From positions 1 through 36,445 of the forward strand of contig JBCNUW010000020.1 of the NCBI GenBank assembly GCA_039630575.1: a stretch of DNA of 36,445 nucleotides, in the 5' to 3' direction. The notes beneath the pieces are model-generated. The model saw nothing but the letters and a program-made list of their open reading frames with translations. It had not been told where the DNA came from and searched no databases. This DNA comes from Candidatus Hydrothermales bacterium (GTDB lineage Bacteria > Hydrothermota > Hydrothermia > Hydrothermales > JAJRUZ01). This document shows positions 1 through 7,411 of the stretch, in pieces (the first letter of the stretch is position 1; each line of letters opens with the position of its first letter). The translations under genes and the position numbers were made by a program.

Positions 1-175
1 CTCCATCATGAAAATGTGGAAATGGTGTTACTCTATATTCACCTAAAGTTCCACTTATTGGATGCGCTTGATTAAAAGGAGCAATAGGCCAATCATAACC
101 AAATGTTTTTTGAGGAACTAAAAATGAACCTACCAAAATAAAGAAACTAATAAAATTTAACCTCTGTATATTCAT
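1..175 (-). CDS. Partial (runs off window) secreted M23-family peptidase-like protein
   Basis: Not in the ORF track. ATG at 175 overlaps the TGA of the upstream gene (ATGA) and follows GGAGAGG. My translation MNIQRLNFISFFILVGSFLVPQKTFGYDWPIAPFNQAHPISGTLGEYRVTPFPHFHDG shows a signal peptide, WP, GTLGEYR and HFHxG, typical of the start of M23 domains. Confidence 0.7.
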   Translation of the reverse strand, partial: MNIQRLNFISFFILVGSFLVPQKTFGYDWPIAPFNQAHPISGTLGEYRVTPFPHFHDG

Positions 176-1419
176 TTTACCTCTCCTTTTATTCTATATA
201 CTTCAACTCCATCTATTTTCCCACCATAAATATAATTTCCATCCTTTGAAAGTATTACATAGGGTTTAAACATCCCTGCACTATAACAAAAATGGGTAAT
301 AAATTTTTTTATCCCTAATTCCTTCACCAAAATTTCTTTCCCTTCCTTGTTTACTATATACAAATAATAGCTTTTTCCATGGTATCCAGGACTCAAAAAG
401 ATGATAGTGTTAAAATTACCTGAAAATATAGCCCCCCTAAAATAATTTGTTTTTAATTCAGGCTCATATTTCCATATTAATTTACTTTTAGAAAGATCAA
501 AAAGATATCCACAAAACTCTGTGGAAGTAAGTAACAATAAATTCGAATTTTCATCAAACTTCATTTCTATATTCCCTATTTTTGGTAATTGAGAATATGT
601 AAAGATTAAATTACCAATTTTATCAAATACAAAAAGAATATTAAGTGTATCTTGAGATCCTATCCCGCTTATGAATTTACCTGTCGGGGAGATAGAAATT
701 GCTCCCACAGCTGTTCCAACAGTATGCCTCCATAACTCTTCCCCATATCTATCTATAAGTAAAAGATATCCCTCCTTCTTTTTTCTATTATTTAATCCTA
801 TTACAACATATTCTCCATTTTCAGAAAAATCTATTCCTATAGATATGTGTGGTTTTGGGATCTCTTTTATTAATCCTTTTGACCCCAACATTCTCAAAGG
901 GGCTTGATGTCCATACTCAATACTGGGTATCTCAATCACATACTTTCCATCTGGAGATACAACAAAATTATAAAGATATTCATTAATCTCCCATAATTTT
1001 TTACCATCTTTATTAAACATCATAAATTTTGCTTTTGTCTTATCATTATTTTCTAAAACCTTTATCCCTATAAATTTTTCATTTTTTGATTTATTAACTT
1101 TAAAAACATCTTTATATCCAATGTTTATTTTCTTCTTAACTTTTCCCTTTTTATCTAAAAATTTTACTTCTTTTTCAGTTATTATCACTTTAACCTCAGG
1201 AAAACTTATTTTTTCTTCATCACTTTTATCCTCTAATCCCTTCACCCCTAATGATTTTGCTTCTTTAACAGTTACCTCCACTTCTTCAAAAATCAAATCA
1301 ACTATTGTATCTTTAAATGTCTTTTCGTATATAGGAACAAGGTCAATTTTTTCTTGTTGCCCATAAAAAATAGTAGTTGTAAAAAACATTAAAAAACATA
1401 ATTTTTTAAAATTTCTCAT
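172..1419 (-). CDS. Secreted WD40/PQQ-like beta-propeller protein
   Basis: N-terminal signal peptide (MRNFKKLCFLMFFTTTIFYG) and repeated blade motifs (SPDGKYV, FSENGEYV, ISPTGKFI, LSKDGNYI; G..LW). Confidence 0.7.
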   Translation of the reverse strand: MRNFKKLCFLMFFTTTIFYGQQEKIDLVPIYEKTFKDTIVDLIFEEVEVTVKEAKSLGVKGLEDKSDEEKISFPEVKVIITEKEVKFLDKKGKVKKKINIGYKDVFKVNKSKNEKFIGIKVLENNDKTKAKFMMFNKDGKKLWEINEYLYNFVVSPDGKYVIEIPSIEYGHQAPLRMLGSKGLIKEIPKPHISIGIDFSENGEYVVIGLNNRKKKEGYLLLIDRYGEELWRHTVGTAVGAISISPTGKFISGIGSQDTLNILFVFDKIGNLIFTYSQLPKIGNIEMKFDENSNLLLLTSTEFCGYLFDLSKSKLIWKYEPELKTNYFRGAIFSGNFNTIIFLSPGYHGKSYYLYIVNKEGKEILVKELGIKKFITHFCYSAGMFKPYVILSKDGNYIYGGKIDGVEVYRIKGEVK

Positions 1420-1766
1420 AAAACTTCTCTCTTTTTATAAATTATCACTTTTATTGTAAATAAGCAAGTTAACCCATCAAAAATCTACCTAAATTTTTTA
1501 TAATGGGACTATCAAAAAGTGGGAAAAAGAAATGAAACTAACAAAAATGTTAAAAAAGGTATTCAGTTAAAGTTTTTTTAAGAAGAGAATAAAATTAAAA
1601 GAAAAAATATTATACCTGGAAAAATCCTAAAATAGAAAAAATTAGATTTTTTATGAACCTGTGATTATTATTGTAAGCATCTAAAAAGTTAGTTTATACA
1701 TCATAGATTTTTTTACCCTCTTCTTTCGCAAATTTAAATAGGCACAAAATCAAAAATATTCATAAC

Positions 1767-2069
1767 CTACCCTTTCTCACCAAGAATTCTTTTAGCAAGT
1801 TCTTTCCTTTCTTCTTTTGTTTCTGCAAGGATAAGAAGTGCAATAAGTCTAAACCCTTCATCCATTCTCCTAAACCCCTCATCCATTTTTCTAAATCCCT
1901 CATCCATCTTCCTAAATCCTTCATCCATTCTTCTAAATCCTTCGTCCATTTTTTGAAGTATCGCAGTAGCATTCTCTTTTATAATCTTTCCATTTCTCCA
2001 GGCCATATAGCCTACCGCACCTGCAAGAAGTGTAACTCCTACCCCTACTAAACTTAACGCAATTTCCAT
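1767..2069 (-). CDS. Small membrane-anchored coiled-coil protein with five [K/R]MDEGFR heptads
   Basis: N-terminal TM helix (IALSLVGVGVTLLAGAVGYMAW) followed by heptad repeats. Start moved from 2114 to ATG 2069 because a good promoter lies between the two. Confidence 0.75.
   Translation of the reverse strand: MEIALSLVGVGVTLLAGAVGYMAWRNGKIIKENATAILQKMDEGFRRMDEGFRKMDEGFRKMDEGFRRMDEGFRLIALLILAETKEERKELAKRILGEKG
1849..1953. repeat. Five tandem 21-bp units (CTAAAYCCYTCRTCCATYYTY on + strand)
   Basis: Units start at 1849, 1870, 1891, 1912 and 1933; differences are synonymous or K/R. Confidence 0.95.
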
Positions 2070-2075
2070 ATTAGA

Positions 2076-2104
2076 ATAATAAAGGAAATTAAGCAAAAAG
2101 TCAA
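2076..2104 (-). promoter_or_regulatory. Sigma70-type promoter, probably leaderless
   Basis: TTGACT (2104-2099), 17 bp spacer, TATTAT (2081-2076), 6 nt, ATG 2069; no SD. Confidence 0.65.
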
Positions 2105-2283
2105 TAATATTCATGCGAAAGAAATTGTGAAGGGCTTATACGGTTCTGTAGCACAAACTTTTCGAAATTTTTTCCTTTTTATCTTTCATAAATTTTAATA
2201 TTTCTCTAAATTTTTTCATCAATGTATCAAAGGTTTATCCTTAGAAACAGAATTTTACGAGAGTAATAAAATAAAAAGATATA

Positions 2284-3207
2284 TCAAATTCCTTCAATTT
2301 TAACTTTTTTATAACCGTTTCTTATAAAAGCAACAGGCATTGAATCAGTATTCATATAATAACCGAATTCTAAATTAGTACTTATTGCAATTACACCTGC
2401 TTTCCCTCCAGTTAGTTTTTCCAGATTCTCTATTCCTTTTCTACAAGCTTCATAGGGAGATATCCCTTCAATAACTTTATCACAAACAAATTTTGTTAAA
2501 GTGACTCTCATTATTGCTTCTCCCAGACCTGTAGCAGAAGCAGCACAAGCGTAATTAGCATAAGTTCCACAACCTGGACAAGGGGTATCACCAACCCTTC
2601 CATCTAGTTTAAAAAAAATTCCACCAGTTGAAGTTCCAGAAACAATATTGCCACTTTCGTCTACCGCACATGCGCCTACTGTACTACCTGCAAAAATACC
2701 ATACTTTTCTCTTATCCACTTTAAAGTCTTAGACATTTCTTTTTTAAATTCTTCTTTTTCTCCATCCAAAATTTTAAAATACAATTTTAGCCTTTCCTCA
2801 CTAACCAAATTAACTTTCTTAAAACCCTCAAGAAGAGCAAATTCTTCAGCACCTTTACCTACTAAAAGGACATGATCAGTCCTTTCCATAACTTTTCTTG
2901 CTATAAGTATAGGATTTTTGAAATTACTTATTGCTGCAACAGCTCCAAACCTTAAAGTTTTACCATCCATTATTGAAGCATCAAGCTCAACACCACCTGT
3001 TGCTGTAAGAGCGGCACCGAATCCTGCGTTAAAATAAGGATTATTTTCCATTTCTACAATTGCAGCACAAACAGCATCTACTGCATTTCCTCCACTTTTT
3101 AAAATTTCATAACCCCTTTCACAAGCAACTTTTACACCTTCTTTAGCTTGATTTTTATTAATATGTTTACCAGCTCCACCATGAACTATTATTCCAAAAT
3201 TTTTCAT
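2284..3207 (-). CDS. iaaA: Isoaspartyl peptidase/L-asparaginase (Ntn hydrolase)
   Basis: IIVHGGAG, FNAG, ELDASIMDG, nucleophile TVGA, TSTGG, GRVGD; SD AGGAGGT upstream. Confidence 0.93.
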   Translation of the reverse strand: MKNFGIIVHGGAGKHINKNQAKEGVKVACERGYEILKSGGNAVDAVCAAIVEMENNPYFNAGFGAALTATGGVELDASIMDGKTLRFGAVAAISNFKNPILIARKVMERTDHVLLVGKGAEEFALLEGFKKVNLVSEERLKLYFKILDGEKEEFKKEMSKTLKWIREKYGIFAGSTVGACAVDESGNIVSGTSTGGIFFKLDGRVGDTPCPGCGTYANYACAASATGLGEAIMRVTLTKFVCDKVIEGISPYEACRKGIENLEKLTGGKAGVIAISTNLEFGYYMNTDSMPVAFIRNGYKKVKIEGI

Positions 3208-3259
3208 TTTTTAAATACCTCCTTTTGATTATTTAAAAAAATTATAGGAAAATTTATAG

Positions 3260-3814
3260 ATGGAAAACTACTACGAACTTTTAAAAAATAAAGAAATTAA
3301 TGAAAAAATAGAAAAATTCGTTAAAATTCTAAAAGAAGTAAATAAAAGAATAAACTTAATTAGTAAAAAAGATTTAGAAAATATTTATAAAAAACACATA
3401 ACGGAGTCCCTTTTCTTTCTTGATATTATAAAAGGAAAAAAAATAGTAGATATCGGATCAGGAGCAGGGTTTCCAGGAATTATACTTGCAATCATTAAGA
3501 AAGATTACGATTTTTACCTCATCGAAAGAAACAAAAAGAAAGCAGAATTCTTGAGAAAAATAAAAAGAGAATTAAATCTAAAAAATGTGAGGATATACGA
3601 CTGTGATCTAAAGGATTTTAATGAAAAAAATAAATTTGAGTTTGTCTCCAGAGGTGCTGGATATGAAAAGATTCTGAAAATTTTGAAAGAGAAAAAATTT
3701 AAGGGATACTTTTACCCAGTATTACCCAACGAGGAGGAAAAATACAAATACATAACTTTCATAAATAAATGGACAAACAAAAAAATAAAAATAGGAACAA
3801 TAGAAATTCAATAG
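3260..3814 (+). CDS. rsmG: 16S rRNA m7G527 methyltransferase RsmG (compact)
   Basis: N...NL, H..ES, DIGSGAGFPGI.LAI, IE...KK..FL and SRG motifs. Confidence 0.88.
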   Translation: MENYYELLKNKEINEKIEKFVKILKEVNKRINLISKKDLENIYKKHITESLFFLDIIKGKKIVDIGSGAGFPGIILAIIKKDYDFYLIERNKKKAEFLRKIKRELNLKNVRIYDCDLKDFNEKNKFEFVSRGAGYEKILKILKEKKFKGYFYPVLPNEEEKYKYITFINKWTNKKIKIGTIEIQ

Positions 3815-4425
3815 AAAGATTTAAAAGATAAAAGAAATACAACTCTACCTATAATTTCAGCTTCTTCATTAAGCTCAAAAACTCCATACCTTTTATTGTA
3901 TGACAATAAAAAAAACTGATTGTTCTTCTTCAAAAGTTTCTTAACCACAAATTCCGATGAACCTATCCTTACAACTACTATATCATGGGAATCAAACCTA
4001 CCTCTTTCAACTATAACAAAATCACCCTCATTTATAAGAGGCTCCATGCTATCAGAACTAACTTGAAGAACAAAGTAATTTTCCTTATTTCTTAAAATTT
4101 TATCTTTCAGGCGCCAGGGTAGAAAAAATAAAGGAATTTCAATTTCCCTTTCCTTTTTAATAGGATCATAATATAAAGCTTTTTTTCCTGCTCCAACTTT
4201 ACCCATTAAAGCAAGCCTTATAATACTTTCCTCATCAAAAAAATAATTTACACTTACATTAAAAATAGAGGAAAGCCTTTTTAAATCTCTTAAAGACGGC
4301 CTCCTTTCATTCCTTTCCCACCTCGAAATAGCAAGAAGCTTATATCCCAACAAATTAGCAAGTTCTCTTTGAGTTAAACCTTTTCCTTTCCTTAGTTCTC
4401 TTATTTTCTTACCAAGATCTTCCAT
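3808..4425 (-). CDS. XRE-HTH + S24 peptidase (CI/LexA-like) repressor
   Basis: HTH (IRELRKGKGLTQRELANLLG...ISRWERNERRP), Ala-Gly cleavage site (GKVGAG), catalytic Ser (SDSM) and Lys (VVKK). Confidence 0.9.
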   Translation of the reverse strand: MEDLGKKIRELRKGKGLTQRELANLLGYKLLAISRWERNERRPSLRDLKRLSSIFNVSVNYFFDEESIIRLALMGKVGAGKKALYYDPIKKEREIEIPLFFLPWRLKDKILRNKENYFVLQVSSDSMEPLINEGDFVIVERGRFDSHDIVVVRIGSSEFVVKKLLKKNNQFFLLSYNKRYGVFELNEEAEIIGRVVFLLSFKSFY

Positions 4426-4431
4426 CTAATA

Positions 4432-4461
4432 ATTATAACAGAAAAGTGAATAATTATCCAA
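4432..4461 (-). promoter_or_regulatory. Repressor promoter (extended -10, leaderless)
   Basis: TTGGAT (4461-4456), 18 bp spacer ending in TGT, TATAAT (4437-4432), 6 nt, ATG 4425. Confidence 0.65.
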
Positions 4462-4471
4462 TATGGATTAA
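4454..4471. promoter_or_regulatory. Putative operator 1, TTATCCA-ATA-TGGATTAA
   Basis: Palindromic core ATCCA-N3-TGGAT overlapping the repressor -35; repeated 29 bp downstream. Confidence 0.75.
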
Positions 4472-4482
4472 TTTGAATTTAT

Positions 4483-4500
4483 TTATCCATTTTGGATTAA
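4483..4500. promoter_or_regulatory. Putative operator 2, TTATCCA-TTT-TGGATTAA
   Basis: 16/18 identical to operator 1. It lies between TTGAAT (4473-4478) and TAAAAT (4498-4503) upstream of umuD. Confidence 0.75.
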
Positions 4501-4510
4501 AATTATAATT

Positions 4511-4873
4511 ATGGATAAGATAAAAATAAGTTTTACCGGTTTTCCATCTCCTGCAAGAGATTATGGAGAAAATTCTTTAGATCTCAACAGTTTGGTAGTC
4601 TCAAATCCCTGTTCAACATTTTTTTTGCGAGTGGAAGATAATTTTGAAAAGGAAGGTATAAAGAAAGGAGACATAATCGTAGTTGATACATCAATTGAAA
4701 ATTTTGAGAACAAACTGATTGTAGCTGAATTTAAAGGTGAACTTGTAATAGGAAGAGTTTTGAAGGAAAAAAACAAAACTATTTTTGTCTCAAAAAGTAT
4801 AAAAGAAGAAGTAAGTGAGGACACTAACTTTGAAGTTTTTGGTGTTATTACTTTTTTATTAAGGAAGTTATAA
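4511..4873 (+). CDS. umuD: UmuD-like subunit, short N-terminal arm, catalytic Ser/Lys absent
   Basis: GFPSPA.DY...LDLN, P.STFF, GD.IVVD and FGVIT match UmuD; directly upstream of umuC. Confidence 0.85.
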   Translation: MDKIKISFTGFPSPARDYGENSLDLNSLVVSNPCSTFFLRVEDNFEKEGIKKGDIIVVDTSIENFENKLIVAEFKGELVIGRVLKEKNKTIFVSKSIKEEVSEDTNFEVFGVITFLLRKL

Positions 4874-4874
4874 A

Positions 4875-6131
4875 ATGGCTGTAGGTGTTATTGACTGCGA
4901 TAACTTTTACGTATCTTGTGAGAGAATCTTAAGACCAGATATTAAAAAGATCCCTTGTATTGTACTTTCAAACAATGATGGATGCATTATTGCAAGATCA
5001 AAAGAAGTAAAGGAAATGGGTATTCCGATGGGTGCTCCCCTTTTTAAATACAAAGAAATGATTGAAAAAAATAAAATACTTGTCTTTTCTTCAAATTATA
5101 CTCTCTATGACGATATCTCAAAAAGAGTTATGAGTATAATAAAAAGTTTTGCAAAAAATGTAGAAGTTTATTCCATCGATGAAGCTTTTGTTGACCTTGA
5201 GGAAATTGAAGATAAAGAAAAATTCTTAGAAAAAGTAAAAGAAAAAATAGAAAAATGGACAAAAATACCTGTTTCGATAGGAATAGGTGAAACAAAGGTG
5301 CTTTCAAAAATTGCATTAAAATTTGCAAAAAAGATGGAAAATAGAAAAATTTTCAACATCATTGACCACAAGGAAAAAGATGAATTGTTAAAAAAAATAG
5401 AAGTTGAAGATATATGGGGTATAGGACCTATCTCAGCAAAACTTTTGAGAGAAAAGGGAATTACAAATGCTTTTCAATTTAAAAACTTGGATGTAAAATG
5501 GGTAAAAGAAAATTTAACTTTAAAAGGACTTAAAATTCTTAATGAAATAAAAGGAATAAAATGCTTTAAAATAGAAGAAAATGCTAAAATAAAGAGTATA
5601 AGTGTTTCAAGAACTTTTGGAGAAAAAATAGAAAGTTTTAAAGAAATAAAAGAAGCAGTTTCCTATCTCATTTCACTTGCTGCAGAAAGGTTAAGAAGCG
5701 AGAATTTACTCGCCAAAAAGATATGTGTCTACATAATGAGTTCTCCTTTTCAAAAAAACTTTTACTACAGAGCTGAAAAGCTTAATTTACCTGCTCCAAC
5801 AGCCTATACTCCTGACATTGTAAAATTTGGTGAAAGAATACTAAAGATAATCTTTAAAGAAGGAATAAAATATAAAAAGGCTGGCGTCTATCTTTATGGA
5901 CTTATAGAAGATGAAAAAAATATAAAGAGTGTATTTTCAGATAAACTCTTATTTAACGATAAAAAAAGAAAAATAATATTAGCTATTGACAAGATAAATA
6001 AAAACTTTGGTAGAAATACAATCTACTTGGCAAGTGGATTCATAACAAAAAGGTGGAACACTGTACAAATATTTAGATCAAAAAGGTACACTACAAGATG
6101 GGATGAGTTAAAAACTGTTAAAGTTTTATAA
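4875..6131 (+). CDS. umuC: Y-family DNA polymerase V catalytic subunit UmuC
   Basis: DCDNFYVSCER, VLSNNDGC, FSSNY.LY, YSIDEAF and the C-terminal S.RYTTRWDEL motif. Confidence 0.93.
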   Translation: MAVGVIDCDNFYVSCERILRPDIKKIPCIVLSNNDGCIIARSKEVKEMGIPMGAPLFKYKEMIEKNKILVFSSNYTLYDDISKRVMSIIKSFAKNVEVYSIDEAFVDLEEIEDKEKFLEKVKEKIEKWTKIPVSIGIGETKVLSKIALKFAKKMENRKIFNIIDHKEKDELLKKIEVEDIWGIGPISAKLLREKGITNAFQFKNLDVKWVKENLTLKGLKILNEIKGIKCFKIEENAKIKSISVSRTFGEKIESFKEIKEAVSYLISLAAERLRSENLLAKKICVYIMSSPFQKNFYYRAEKLNLPAPTAYTPDIVKFGERILKIIFKEGIKYKKAGVYLYGLIEDEKNIKSVFSDKLLFNDKKRKIILAIDKINKNFGRNTIYLASGFITKRWNTVQIFRSKRYTTRWDELKTVKVL

Positions 6132-6140
6132 ATAAAAAAT

Positions 6141-6776
6141 TTAAAAAGGTGAGGTACCGATTAATAAAATAGAAAATAATCGAGCAGGTAAAAAAACTAA
6201 AAGATCAATTATTGGAATACCTAAAAATGAAGAAATAACTATAAAAGATGTTAAAATTAAAACTCCGTAGGGTTCAAGCATTCTGTATCTTAACTTCCAT
6301 TCAAAGGGTAAAAAAATCGACAAAATCTTTGAACCGTCAAGCGGTGGAATAGGTATCAAGTTAAAAAAGGCAAGAATTAAATTTATCATATATGTAGAAA
6401 GTAAAAGCTTATAAAAATAATAAATGAATAAATTTTGTGAAGAATATGGTAAAAATCTAAGAATAAAAGAAATAAAAACAGCAAGAATTAAATTCGAAAG
6501 GGGTCCTGCAAAGGCAACCTTTGCGAAATCTTTTTCAGGATTACGAAAGTAATAAGGATTAACAGGAACAGGTTTTGCCCATCCTATATGAATTAGAAAA
6601 AGCAATATAAAACCTATAGGATCTATATGTGGTATTGGATTTAAAGTCAATCTCCCGATACTTCGTGGTGTAGGATCTCCTAACCTGTCAGCTACTAAAG
6701 CATGAGAAAATTCATGAATAGTAAGTGCTAACAAAATACCAGGTAAAAAAATAATTAAACTCGCTAAACTATCCAT
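6141..6776 (-). CDS. Site-2 protease (M50 family)
   Basis: HEFSH, GWAKPVPVNP, AGPLSN, FNLIPIPPLDG; multiple TM helices. Confidence 0.92.
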   Translation of the reverse strand: MDSLASLIIFLPGILLALTIHEFSHALVADRLGDPTPRSIGRLTLNPIPHIDPIGFILLFLIHIGWAKPVPVNPYYFRNPEKDFAKVAFAGPLSNLILAVFISFILRFLPYSSQNLFIYYFYKLLLSTYMINLILAFFNLIPIPPLDGSKILSIFLPFEWKLRYRMLEPYGVLILTSFIVISSFLGIPIIDLLVFLPARLFSILLIGTSPF

Positions 6777-6778
6777 TT

Positions 6779-7411
6779 TTAAAATTTAATTAAAATTTCA
6801 AGTCTCCTGTTTTTCTTCTTTGCATCCTCTGAGTTTTCTGTACTTAATGGACGGGATGATCCAAAGGCAGAAACATATATTCTCTCAGGTGGAATATTTC
6901 CTTTGGTAATTAAAAATCTAACTATCTCAGTTCCTCTTCTTGCAGAGAGTTCCCAATTTGTAGGGAATAATTCCTTTTTAGTCTTTATGGGTTCATTATC
7001 TGTGTGAACTTGCAACTCTATCTCCTTATATGAAAGATCTTTTAAAACTTCACTAATTTTTAATAATCTGCTCTCTCCATCCTTTGAAAGTGCATAACCT
7101 CCTGGTAAAAATATATCATCAGTAAGAATCAAAATTTTTAAAAGATTAAATTTCGTCTCAATACTGTAATCCTTTGAAAGTTCCTCCTTAGCTTTCAAAA
7201 TAGGAAGCGGTAAGTTGAAAATCATTGTATCTTTTCTTATTAAATTTAAACCCTCAAGTTCTCTTGAAAACTTTAAAACCAAAAACTCATTTTCCCTTTT
7301 TAAATCTCTTATGATAAGCTGCTGAGGTAAAACTATAAAAAAGTAACCAGAGATTAAAAAGGAAATAAGAAGTACAAATAACATAAAAATTAAAATATTT
7401 CTAAATCTCAA
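6779..7411 (-). CDS. MotB/OmpA-family peptidoglycan-binding membrane protein
   Basis: One TM helix, then HTDNEPI, FPTNWELSARR and NRRLEI. The start is probably TTG 7411 after GAGGAGG rather than 7474. Confidence 0.82.
   Translation of the reverse strand: MRFRNILIFMLFVLLISFLISGYFFIVLPQQLIIRDLKRENEFLVLKFSRELEGLNLIRKDTMIFNLPLPILKAKEELSKDYSIETKFNLLKILILTDDIFLPGGYALSKDGESRLLKISEVLKDLSYKEIELQVHTDNEPIKTKKELFPTNWELSARRGTEIVRFLITKGNIPPERIYVSAFGSSRPLSTENSEDAKKKNRRLEILIKF

Noticed and set aside
1468..1507. GTTAACCCAT shared with the IS junction (34977-34986), plus a weak CCCAT...ATGGG inverted repeat
   Set aside because: A 10-mer match with no further similarity is compatible with chance.
1849..1953. 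Possible CRISPR array
   Set aside because: Repeats are contiguous with no spacers, are coding, and no cas genes are present.
1760..1972. 70-aa ORF with WMxDL repeats
   Set aside because: Alternate frame of the 21-bp repeat; substitutions are conservative only in the MDEGFR frame.
3808..4425. Prophage suggested by the CI-like repressor
   Set aside because: No integrase, structural genes or att-like repeats; the flanks are housekeeping genes.
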